Shown here: in pieces, positions 13,616-25,559 of the stretch | How the letters are laid out: the number at the start of each line of letters is the position of its first letter | Position numbering within the stretch: position 1 is the stretch's first letter | Source of the DNA: Hemiscyllium ocellatum | Lineage: Eukaryota | NCBI RefSeq assembly: GCF_020745735.1 | Contig: NC_083405.1 | Coordinates: forward strand, 53,534,345 to 53,598,344 | DNA: 64,000 nt | Reading direction: 5' to 3' | The notes under the pieces: model-generated | Databases searched by the model: none | Seen by the model: the letters and a program-made list of their open reading frames with translations, nothing else | Told to the model about the DNA's origin: nothing | Translations under genes and position numbers: made by a program

Positions 13616-14946
13616 AGAGTCATAGAGATGTACAGCATGAAAACAGACCCTTCAGTCCAACCCATCCATGCTGACCAGATATCTCAACCCAATTTAGTCC
13701 CACCTGCCAGCACCCGACCCATATCCTCCAAATCCTTCCTATTCATATACCCATCCAAATGCCTCTTAAATGTTGCAATTGTACCAGCCTCCACCACATC
13801 CTCTGGCAGCTGATTCCATACATGTACCACCCTCTGCGTGAAAAAGTTACCCCTTAGGTCTCTTTTATATCTTTCTCCTCTCACCCTAAACCTATGCCCT
13901 CTAGTCGGGACTCTCCGACCCCAGGGAAAAGACTTTGTCTATCTACCCTATCCAATTTTGTAAACCTCTATAAGGTCACCCCTCAGCCTCCGACGCTCCA
14001 GAGAAAACAGCCCCAGCCTGTTCAGCCTCTCCCTATAGCTCAGATCCTCCAACCCTGGCAACATTCTTGTAAATCTTTTCTGAACCCTTTCAAGTTTCAC
14101 AACATCTTTCCGACAGGAAGGAGACTAGAATTGCACGCAATATTTCAACAGTGGCCTAACCAATGTCTTGTACAGCCACAACATGACCTCCCAAATCCTG
14201 TACTCTATACTCTGACCAATAAAGGAAAGCAGACCAAACGCCTTCTTCACTATCCTATCTACCTGCGACTCCACTTTCAAGGAGCTATGAACCTGCGCTC
14301 CAAGATCTCTTTTTTCAGCAACACTCCCTAGGACCTTACCATTAAGTGTAGAAGTCCTGCTAAGATTTGCTTTCCCAAAATGCAGCACCTCGCACTTATC
14401 TGAATTAAACTCCATCTATCACTTCTCAGCCCATTGACCCATCTGATCTAGATCCTGTTATAATCTGAGATAACCCTTTTCGCTGTCCACTACACCTCTG
14501 ACTTTGGTGTCATCTGCAAACTTACTAACTGTATCTCTTATGCTCGCATCCAAATCATTTATGTAAATGACAAAAGGTAGAGGGCCCAGCACCGATTCTT
14601 GTGGCACTCCACTAGTCACAGGCCTCTGTCTTCTACCTTTGAGCCAGTTCAGTATTCAAATGGCTAGTTCTCCCTGTATTCCACAAGATCTAACCTTGCT
14701 AATCAGTCTCCCATGGGGAATCTTGTCGAATGCCTTACTGAAGTCCATATAGATCACATCTACTGCTCTGCCCTCATCAATCTTCTTTGTTATTTCTTCA
14801 AAAAACTCAATCAAGTTTGTGAGACATGATTTCCCACGCACAAAGCCATGTTGATTATCCCAAATCAGTTCTTGCCTTTCCAAATACGTGTACATCCTGT
14901 CCCTCAGGATTCCCCCCAACAACTTGCCCACCACCGAGGTCAGGCT
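13616..14946 (-). mobile_element. HER1/CR1 LINE, 5'-truncated, relatively young
   Basis: ORFs QHGFVRGKSCLTNLIEFFEE...VDVIYMDFSKAFDKIPH, MEFNSDKCEVLHFG and GNFFTQRVVHVWN; tail agagtcatagagatgtacagcatg. Confidence 0.93.
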
Positions 14947-17265
14947 CTTTTTCAAACTCAATACTGACCAATCTAACCCTCTCCGACCCCTACTAGCTAA
15001 CCAATTCTCTATCCAATATTAGCCTCTTTATTTTGAACTCTTATTTGAGAACTACGTTTGAGAACTGGTGAAGTGTTACTGAGTTTTGTTTCTGTGTAAC
15101 AGTTTTTCACAACTCCCAACAAGGGTAGGACCAAACCTATCAAGCATTTATTGGAAAATGATACAGGCAGCTTGAAATATTTGTAAACAATTTTCAAATC
15201 TCTTATATCACAGCCCTCCAAATATGTTGCTGCTTTTTAACAACAGATCGTGCTGTAATAGCACTTCATGCCAATCTAAAATATGTTACTGGTGCCAGTT
15301 CAACCTAAGCTTTACCAATTCTATCATACATCCACTTGTGCAAAAAGCAAAACTTGCCTGATCTTCTGTCCACCGATTTCTCATCAAGACCAAACAAAAT
15401 AGCTAGCTCCTGTTCTCGTATCTCACTCTGCATAAATGTTAACATGCGTATACAAATCATTCTTCCTCGACCATGGTAGAAGTATCCCATTTAGACCACC
15501 ACAACTATGCCATTAAACATGTTCATTGATCTCTTCTGCTGTTTTGATGTGAACTGTTTTCCCCATTGTCCGCCATCAACTGGATCAAGCACATGCAAAT
15601 GCAATTTTGGATCAAAAGTGGTTCCAGTGACTTTTAGAATCAAATCTTGCAACCTTTAAGGGCTTAGTTAAGTACATTTAACTACATACTCGTTCATGAG
15701 ATCCTAGTTACGCTTTTAAAATTATGCAGAGACTGTCTATTCAATGGGATGTTCATTCTTCTACAATTACATTTCAGTAAGCAATGATCTGTACAACCAA
15801 TAATGAATGACTGTTTCCAAAACAAACAAACCTAATTCATTTAAGGAATGTGTTCTCATATAAGCTACTAATCTCCACAACTGACTGGCATTCTTTCAAA
15901 ACAAACCAGAAACAAATACACAACCTGGAGATCTAAAACATTATAAATAAATCTTGCAACAATCTATAGCAACAGCAAAAAAAATCCTTAAATGGCAACA
16001 ACAGATAATTTCAGTGAGACTGCAAGTGACCAAGTAAAATAGATCTCCTTTAACTTCAAACACCTGTATGGCTTCTTAGATTTAAACAGTTACACTGGAT
16101 CTTTAACTTAGAACTCAGGCTATTATCTTTTTTTACAAAAGCACGGAGACACTAACTCTGACGTTTTAAGTACATGAAGTAGTCAATGTGCAGAATCAAA
16201 TGCAATTGTGAATTAGTTAAAGCTGGTACAGTAAGCACACATCTGAAATGGTCAGTGTCCTAAAAGCCCGCATGCAGTGTCACTTAAGTGAAATAGAATT
16301 TCAATGTATGCTATATTTAAAGAGAATGTTTCCTGTTTAATTCTATTGCTATAACTGAGAAAATATATTCCTACAAATATAATATTTTTAATGAAAGGCA
16401 TCTTTTAGAAGAAATAAGTGACTTTTAATTTATGAATTCTTATAATTGATGCAATTGTCACCTAAAGCTTGTACAAAATGGTTAATTAAATACGTGTAAA
16501 AAGTTTAACTGTAACTTTGCCCAAGTTAGAGACAGAAATACTAAGGATATCCTTACTCATCCAGCAGCAGCTATGATGACATTTAGAAGCAGGACTTTCA
16601 GGTCTTTTCAAAGTTGGGAACTGAGCTAGAAGGAACCCAAATATACCAATGTCAGCCTGTCTGCTGGTTTCTAGATATCATTCCCAGTATCAGCCTCTTT
16701 AGTCAGAAACCCATCAGCTGTGTCCTCATTCCTAAGGAGGGCAGCCAATTAAGGTTTGTTAAGGGCCTAAGTTTGGTAAACCAGGACATTGAGAATTTTC
16801 CAGTTAGCCTCCAGTTTTTTTGATGTAACAGGGCACTCCAAGTGCCTTTAGGCAGGTATCCAGCAGCAGGTTAGAGTGCCAGTGCTTTTGGGAAACCAAC
16901 AGGCTCTCCTCCAGGCTGAACACAGTCAAGATTGAAAAGTGACTCACCATCTTCTATAATGGCAGCCGGGTTGCTTTTGCCTGTTTTCACAACTACATTT
17001 TGAAATTTAGTGAGAGTGTGTGCTTCCATGTAGATTGTGAAACACTTACCTATGTTCCTCTCAAACCGGATGGCCACTAATTGATATAGAGAACATAGCC
17101 ACTGCCCTTAATTGGGATGGAAACATAGTTTGCAGGCACACCAATCAAAGTATCAACATTGATTGTTTATTCCGGGGGAGGTTTGGAACCTGGAAATGAT
17201 TCCATCCTCAACCAAACATTCAGCTCCAGGTCGCCCTGTTTGGGCAAGTGACCATAATGTTACAG

Positions 17266-18402
17266 TCACACAGTCATAGAAATGTACAGGACAGAAACAG
17301 ACCCCTCAGTCCAATTTGTCCATGCTGACCAGATATCCCAACTCAATCTAGTCCCACCTGCCAGCATCCGGCCTATGTCCCCCTAAACCCTTCCTATTCA
17401 TATACCCAACCAGATGCCTTTTAAATGTTGCAATTGTACCAGCCGCCACCACTTACTCTGGCAGCCCATTCTACACATGCACCACCCTCTGCGCAAAAAA
17501 GTTGCCCTTTCCCCCTCACCCTAAACCTATGCCCTCTAGTTCTGGACTCCCTGACCCCAGGGAAAAGACTTTGTCTATTTGCCCTATCCATGCCCCTCAT
17601 GATTTTATAAACCTCTACAAGGTCACCTCTCAGCCTCCGACGCTCCAGGGAAAACAGCCCCAGCCTATTCAACGTCTCCCTATAGCTCAAATCCTCGAAC
17701 CCTGGCAACATCCTTGTAAATCTTTTCTGAACCCTTCCAAGTTTCACAACATCTTTCTGATGGGAAGACGACTAGAACTGCACGTAATATTCCAAAAGTG
17801 GCCTAACCAATGTGCTGTACAGCCACAACATGACCTCCTGACTCCTGTACGCAATAGTCTGACTAATAAAGGAAAGCATTCCAAACGCTTCTTCACTATC
17901 CTATCTAGCTGTAACTCTACTTTCAAGGAGCTATGAACCTGCACTCTAAAGGTCTCTTTGTTCAGCAACACTCCCTAGGACCATACCATTAAGTGTACAA
18001 GTCGCTGCTAAGATTTGCTTTCCCAAAACGCAGCACCTAGTATTTATCTAAATTAAACTCTGCCACTCCTCAGCCCACTGGCCCATCTGATCGAAATCCC
18101 ATTGTAATCAGAGGTAACCTTCTTTGCTGTCCGCTACACCTCCAATTTTGTTGTCATCTGCAAACTTACTAATTATACCCCTTATGCACACATCAGCACC
18201 AACCCCTTGTGGCACTCCACTGATCACAGGCCTTCACTCTGAAAAAGAACCCTCCACCACCACCCTCTGTCTTCTACCTTTGAGCCGGTTCTGTACACAA
18301 ATGGCTAGTTTTCCCTGTATTCCATGAGATCTAACTTTGCTAACTAGTCTCCCATGGGGAACTTTGTTGAACACCTTACTGAAATCAATATAGATCATGT
18401 CT
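17266..18402 (-). mobile_element. HER1/CR1 LINE, 5'-truncated
   Basis: ORF RVQKRFTRMLPG...LGLFSLERRRLRGDLVEVYKIM; collinear with 13616-14946. Confidence 0.93.
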
Positions 18403-19058
18403 ACACTGTTCATGTATAGAGATCAGTCATAGGAGGGCTTGCAGTTCAAGATCATTAGCAAACAGATCAATGAAGATAAAAAGTATCTTTGAGCAGTGCT
18501 TGCATTGATTAAATTAGACATTTTCCAAATGACCCATTCCACCAAGGATGTGTTTTTGTGGAGGCTGATTACACAGCAGGAAATGTCCTCAGAACAAAGA
18601 CAGCAAACAACATGAGCTGTCTCAAGAATTCACCATCAAAATTTGCTATATTTGTGACATTACCTAACTCCGAATGTATAGTGTGTGCAGGCACTTTGAG
18701 AAGTAGCACTTCAAGTTGCTTCAGAAAATCGGGGGAGTAGACATTCCTTGCTCAAGCAAGGAAACAGCTTTGGTTGGATTTTCCTCTGCAGCTTTAGTTA
18801 TGCAAAGGTTGCTGGAGCATAAAAGTGAAACAGAAAGATTTCCTCCAAATCTAGGCAGACAAAATTTTCCTCTCATCGTTCCCACTGTCACTGAAGCAGC
18901 CTACATAACTGCATGCAGAATTTTGGTCTTTTCTGACAATTCCTTCAATTTTTGCCTGGTTCTTCCAATTGCTCTAACTAATATAAACATAGGAAGTAGA
19001 AGTGGAAGTAGGCTCTTCAACCCATTCAATAAGATCATGGCTGATCTGTTAGTGTTCT

Positions 19059-19291
19059 TGAAATAACTCCATACAGGCGGTATCCATCACCAAGTCGCCC
19101 TTTATTTACACGTGGAAAGTCCTTGACACTGATCCAGCTCCCTCAGAGCCAGCTGTCTAAGTGAACGGAACGTCTGATACTCCTCTTCGTATCTATCAGA
19201 CAAGGCTTCCAGATTGGGGCTGTTAATCTGGTCCAGTCAGGGAACTCATTCTATGAAGTCCACCCAGCTGATCTCATTACAATAATTCCCA
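19059..19291 (-). mobile_element. Short solo LTR inserted in a CR1 3' fragment
   Basis: TG...CA-bounded ~230 bp block with minus-strand aataaa near its end. It interrupts a CR1 tail (18987-19058, resuming about 19292). No clean TSD. Confidence 0.6.
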
Positions 19292-19714
19292 AATTTCACA
19301 TTCCAGTCTGTCTCCGAGAATATTTGATTTCATTGCCTAACAAAAATCTAACTCCATCTGCCTTGGCGTGGGAAGTGACTTACTGGAATTCTATTGTTCC
19401 TGTGCTTTGAAGTTGAGTACATGTTGAACCATGGATAAAAGCTAGAAGAGTTTGACAATACTTATCAGTTAACACCCAAACAGTTGATTGTAGTTCTGGA
19501 GGATGTAGAGACCATGGGGGTTACATAAAGGCTTCTTCAGCTGAGTATAAGGTTCATCTGCTGTGCTCCTGCAAATGTGTTTGATGGATTTGCTGTTCAA
19601 GCAGAGCTGTGCACAAACTACCTCCCACCACAGTGCCTAGGGTTTCTTCTTGAACAAAATCATTTCAGTTGTTTGCTCCACTGAATCTTTTCAGAATATT
19701 GGGGCCTCAATGCT

Positions 19715-20008
19715 GATTAGATTAGTTTCCCTACAGTGTAGAAACAGGTCCTTCGACCCAACAAGTCTACACCGACCCACCGAAGAATAACCCACCCAGA
19801 CCCATTTCCCACTGACTAACGCACCTAACACTATGCCAATGTAGCATGATCAACTCACCTGACCTGCACATACTTGGACTTGGGTGGAAACCCACGCAGG
19901 CAAAGGGAGAATGCGCAAAGTCCACACAGTTGTCCACGGCAGGAATCGAACCCGGGTCCCTGGTGCTTTGAGGCAACAGTGCTAACCACAGAACCACCAT
20001 GCTGCCCC
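19715..20008 (-). mobile_element. HE1-type V-SINE
   Basis: Reverse complement of the HE1 head, V-domain and tail, with a small internal deletion. Confidence 0.88.
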
Positions 20009-20744
20009 ACTTTTGTTCTTTGCAACCTCATATGCTAGCAAACACAGAATTAGATCATGTTCTATGTACCTCGCCTTTAAACTACAACATCCTTTTAATT
20101 GCTATAGATAAACTCAGCAGTTGGCAATCTGGAGTGGGACATTTACCTTAGACCGGTTTTACATATAAAATTAGGGCCTTTCTCCCAAATAAAATACTAT
20201 CTGGTAGTGGTGGGGGTAGAGTCATAAGGACATACAGATTCACAACTGATCATATTTCCACCAAACCTTAGCAGCTTCTCAATTACTAGAACAAATTTAT
20301 TCCACAACCTGTTCATTCTGGTCCATACCATCTGGAAGATTCCACTCTGTAGTAGCCCAGGTTTCTTTTACACAGTCATAATTTCAACCAGGTACATATT
20401 TTGACACTTGAATGTCAGAAAAATTATGTTGGACATTCATGGACAACTAATGCTAATCACACTAAGTCAAGAGTAGTGACATATCTCCAAGTGAACAGTA
20501 TCTACTCTCCAAATTGTTATTAATGCCATCTTATTTGTGAAGTAGACACAGCACAAGCGAACACATTTAAAGGTGACCTGTATCTTTGCAATTGGTTTGA
20601 TATTATCGGAAGGTACTCATATTCTTATGCAAAATTCATCCCAATTATTAAAGTACAATGATAATTTTATTTTTCCTTATGGGAATTATGAATTTATTAT
20701 GGGGTTTGTTATTACCATTATGTAGATCCTGAACCCAACTTCCA

Positions 20745-21040
20745 TTTTTACTTGTTCATGGAGAATGCGTACCCATGTCAGGCCAGTATTTATTGCCCAT
20801 CCCTAATTTGATCTGGAAAAGGTGGTGGTGAGTTGCCTTCTTGAAGCACCACAATCTGCTTCAGCCATAGATCCAGCCCACAGTGTTGCTCAGCAGTAAG
20901 TTCCAGAATTCTGACTCAACCAAACTAAAGTTACAGCGATACAATTCTAAGTCTAGAATGGTGTGGGGCTTGGAGTGGAACTTGGAAGTGGTGTTGTCCC
21001 AATGCAACTGCTGCCCTTGTCCTTCAAGGTTATCAGGTTT
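20745..21040 (-). mobile_element. 3' fragment of the CR1/L2-group LINE
   Basis: ggccagtatttattgcccatccctaatt...aaggtggtggtgagttgccttcttgaa. Confidence 0.8.
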
Positions 21041-22101
21041 GGCATAGTGTTACATGCATTATAAAAGTGAATGTATTTGCATTACTATAAAAATCATGGG
21101 ACTAAACATATGAGGAAAGTACAATGAGGAAAAACAAAAAAAAAAATTTAAAAAGGTTAAAGAGAAGCCAAAACAAAAAGACAATTTAAAAACTGCTTAT
21201 ACACTCTTTCCCAATTGAAGTCAGCATTTTTAACTTTTACCAGAGGTCTGTTTGCTGATACACGAGGGATACATGACTGCACTAATTTCTAAGCGCATCT
21301 TTGTTTTCTAAGTATTGATAGAAGATTGAAAGCTAGCATGGAAAAATCCACCAACCATAACACCCAAGCTACATGCAGAGGAAAATGTTCCGCATGGATG
21401 GTAAATCATTCATTAATTTGCTTACCTAGTAGTCTTCATGGAGAAAAGATTATGTCATGGTCACCCAAATAGATTGAATAAATGGTCATCGTCATGCGAT
21501 CAGTGCAATAACAAGCATCTTAAAAAACATTCATACTAATTAAAAAACAAAAAGGGAATGATGTAATCAAATTAATGATGTCACCACTGAGATTTAATTT
21601 TCCCAATAAGGTTCTAACAAGATCCAGGTCCCTGCGGAAAAACACAACCTCACAAGTGACTGAGTTAATCTGTGCCAAATATTCTCGTAACACTGCACTA
21701 TCTGGGTCTTTGAACTCATGCTATAAAATCATTGCCACTACTTAACCATCAACATTTCTAAGAGAAATGAAGATACCACCAAAGTATTAAGTGCATGCAT
21801 TCAAAACTATATAAACATGGCATTCATCACTAAAATAGTGAGATGTTTCGACCGTTGGATAACTCATCTTGCAAGCTCATAATACAACTGGAAAAAGTGG
21901 GTGAAGCATACAGCAATCAGTTGACAAAATATAACATGTGACTTGTGAAAATGAGTCTGAAGAAGGCTTCTTACTACAAAACATCGTCCTTCAAACAAAA
22001 GCATTCATGTGCATTTGCACATTTTCCTATTCTTTTTAGAATCATGGCTTTGGTTATATATGTTGTCATTTATTTGCTCTGAAGACTAGGCTTGCACTTA
22101 C

Positions 22102-22254
22102 CCTTGAGGGTTCTTCCCTTTCACCACTGTCTTTAATAAACATTCGTTCTATTTCTTGATTTATGCCTTCAACACTGTTCTGGACCCGTGAAATTGCGGA
22201 TTTTGAAAGGGTAATGTTTAATGCCGGACCAGGGATAAACCTTGTAGCAGAGGC
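22102..22254 (-). CDS. GLCCI1: GLCCI1 internal coding exon (153 nt, phase 0 to 0)
   Basis: Minus strand: ttcatcttgatag|GCC...TCAAGG|gtaagt. Translates ASATRFIPGPALNITLSKSAISRVQNSVEGINQEIERMFIKDSGEREEPSR, the GLCCI1/FAM117 'VEGI..E.E..FIK' segment. Splices in frame to 2461-2671. Confidence 0.93.
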
Positions 22255-22539
22255 CTATCAAGATGAAAAACAATTTGAAAAATACTTAACAATATTAGCA
22301 TGAACATTCACACAGCAATAATGGTACATTCCTACAAGCTGGAGGATAAAAAGCTGACGATGTGTATATCACAAAAAAAAATACTAATGAAGCAGAGTGT
22401 CTAGAATAAAGTTTGAAACATCTTTCTTCAATATTCACTCCATCCCACTTGCAATAAAGAACAACATTGCATTATCTTTCTCAAATTATTCATTGTGGCT
22501 GAATGCTGATCTTTGAGATTCGTATACATGTATATGCAG

Positions 22540-23170
22540 ATATTCTTGCACTATAGTATTCTGCAGTCAGTCCTTTTAAATAACATTCAGCATTTAGACA
22601 TTTCCTTGTGAAACTGATAACCTCACATTTTCTCATTGTGCTCCATCTGCCAAATTTGCCACACTATTATCTGCACCACCAACATCATGAGCTCTTGTCT
22701 TATGCAACAATCTTTTAGTGGCACCTGACTGAATGGCTTTTGGACATTCAACAAATACCACGTCGACTGGTTCCCCCATCTACCCTGCTTATATGCTCCG
22801 CATTTCCCCTTCTGTAAATTATATTGATTTTAAAGGTAATTTTTTTTTTTTAAAAATTGCCCCGCTCCTGTCTCCTTTCTTTTTGAAATATGGTGTGACA
22901 TTCAGTTTTCCCACCCGAGTGAGATATTTGCAAAATCTGGGGATTGTCAGAAGAATGATATTGATCCATCCACTATCGCTGCAGCCACTTTAAGACTTCA
23001 GGATGCAGGCCATGATATCCACAAGATCTGTGAGCATTTAGTCCCATTCCTATTAACAGTACATGCCCTAATTAACATGATTGTTTTAAGTTCCTACCTC
23101 TTGCCTTTTTATTTTCTACTGTTCTTGGATCGATTGAAAACATATAGGAAATACTTGCTGAAAGACTGCC
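22540..23170 (-). mobile_element. Old CR1 RT fragment
   Basis: gtggcacctgactgaatggctttttggacattc corresponds to antisense of the DF.KAF..VP motif; ggatgcaggccatgatatcc corresponds to antisense G.HP.VLK. Confidence 0.6.
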
Positions 23171-23454
23171 AATTCTTTGTATCTCATCAATTCACTGGAT
23201 ACTACTCCTGAACAAAGGAGAGTGCAAGGTGAGAATTACAAGATCAGGAAACTTGCCATTTGGGTTTTTTTCAAAAGTCCTACCAAATGTTGTTAGGATC
23301 TAACCTGTTTGTGTTTCTTGGTTACAGCTCACCAGATAGATGGATTGACTGGCTGCTGAGGGGATAGACAGGAATAGACAGCAGCTCCTGGGGTGAGAAG
23401 GGTGAGGAAGGTTGGAGTCCAAACTCAGGAAGATTTAAGACACTATTTGGAGAT

Positions 23455-23690
23455 TGGAATTTTATCCATTCTTGGAATGTGATTGTCACTGGCTAGGTCA
23501 ATTTATAATATTCATCCCTCATTTTCCCGAAGAAGGTGGTGGTGGTTAGTTGTCTTCTTGAATTGCTGTAGTCCCTGTGATGTGGGACATCCACAGTGCC
23601 TTTAGAGAGAGTTCCATGAGCTTGACTCACTAACAGTGGAAGAATAGAACTATAGCTCCAAGTCAGGAATAATCTATGGATTGTGGGGGG
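23455..23690 (-). mobile_element. 3' fragment of the CR1/L2-group LINE
   Basis: tttatccattcttggaatgtgattgtcactggctagg...gaaggtggtggtg...ccaagtcagga. Confidence 0.7.
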
Positions 23691-24194
23691 TGGATGTACA
23701 AGAGAAAGGGAGAAAGAAGAGTCTGAAGTCTCGTACTAGGCAATTGGCCATGTGCGATACCCTCAGCCCTATACTGTGTCTAACCAGAAGCGGGCAGATT
23801 GGGGTTGGAAGGTGTATTGCTAACATTAACTTCCTTGAAGTTTAAATATTTCAACTCTACATGTCACCAACTTGGCTCTTTTTGAATCAGAATAGTTTTG
23901 ACTACTTAGTTTAAGATATTCTGACAAGGTTGCCAGGAGCTATCAGTGATCAATCATACAATAATGACACGGATGGAGGCTTATCTCTTAAAATCATTCC
24001 TGGCAATAAACTTGAAATTTAGTGCACATCAAAGAATCTTTAACATTAACAACACGGATTGCAGGCACTTCTACCAATTGTTCTGAGCATTTAATTAGGT
24101 CCCTAGAAGTATGTTAGAAAGCAAATGGTTAATTGCATTGTCATCTGTGTTAGAAACTGAAATCGTACAGTGGAGAAAAACTGCACTAAGATTT

Positions 24195-24372
24195 AGTAAA
24201 AATTGAAAATGCTGGAGAAACTCAGCAGATCTGGCAGTATCTATAGAGAGGAAAATACATAGCTGATGTTTCAAGTCCAACGACTCTTCTTTGGAGCAGT
24301 TTCTCTCACCACAGATGTTGCCAGACATTGAGTTTCTCCAGCACTCTTTGCTTTTATTTCAGATTTCCAGTA
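24195..24372. mobile_element. Palindromic Penelope-terminus-derived short element
   Basis: Inverted arms tgctggagaaactcagcagatctggcagtatct (24210-24242) and agatgttgccagacattgagtttctccagca (24313-24343); related to the terminus at 9055-9120. Confidence 0.75.
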
Positions 24373-25559
24373 CCAATATTAGTTGTATTTGAGTGAACTA
24401 AGGTCTAACTCCAAATGAGGCTGACACGGAATCTTTCATGTTGATAAACTTGTTACCATGGAGAAAGTTAGCATTTTGAATTGAATATGACTGTTTTGAA
24501 AATAAAAATATAAAATGTGCTTCTCTCTCCACAGATGCTGTAGGACTTACTGAGTATTTCCTGCTTACAATACTATAAAGCTCTAATATAGCTGACCAAA
24601 GTTAACATCTGTATGACTGAGTCTATCTGAGCAGAGCAAATTGTGTTTATTGAAAATTACTTGAAATACTATGTTGAAGAAACAGATGGGAAATGTGATC
24701 ATACACTTGAAGGACTGCAGCAGCATTTTTCCATTACATGCAAACAATCACACTGGTCAGAACTTTTAAATGTAATACTAGAATACTAACTTGCTACACC
24801 TTTTTCTTTGGATATCTTCGAATCAAACTGAGGAAGAGTTATTTGCAAGAAATAAGATCACTCTGCTTCCATCTTGCCTTGTGCTACCTCCCTCCAAGCC
24901 TCCAAAAGCATTGAAAAACATCTCTTCAAATATACTTTTTACATATAATCCCAACTAATTTCATGTTTGGATTTGCTTTTTGCAAAAAGCAAGAAATTTG
25001 TGGCAATAGCAGAAAATCCAAAGATTTCCTTGGTCTTTTAATCTGCTTATCCTTGCACTGAAGTTGGTTGCGAAACTAGGTACTTAAACACAAAAAAGCT
25101 TGAGGAATAGGAGGAATAAGTGACAGTAACAAGGGAATTGGGTCATTATCTAAAGAAAGCTTTGTAGAGTTACAGGTATAAAAAGCAGAGGAGTAGCACT
25201 GGGTGAGTTCCTCTTGCAGAAATTGGCATAAAAGCAATGAGCCAAATGACCTCCTTATGTGTGGTAATAATTATATGATTCTATTTTCCTCCTCCAGCTT
25301 GGTCCACCATTCAAAAATGATCATGGATGATCTTTGACATCAACCCCACTTTTCTGCCTGTTCCACACATTCCTCAATTTCCAGAGCCTCAACCACATTC
25401 AATAATCATTCTCAACCCTCTAAGTTCACCTCCAATGATTCACACTGAGTAAATACAGTTACAATCTCAATCCAAACGATTGGGCCCATAACATACAGCT
25501 GTGTCTGCATATTCCAATGATCCCAGGGAGGGGAACAAATCTCTTTGTGACTACCCAGC

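Noticed and set aside
15290-15530. Possible L1/Tx1 endonuclease relic on the minus strand (GR.I, VNIYA-like)
   Set aside because: Motifs are too short and degraded to support without a search.
18420-20470. Possible ancient LINE underlying the LTR and HE1 insertions
   Set aside because: Only an ETW-like trace was seen; insufficient.
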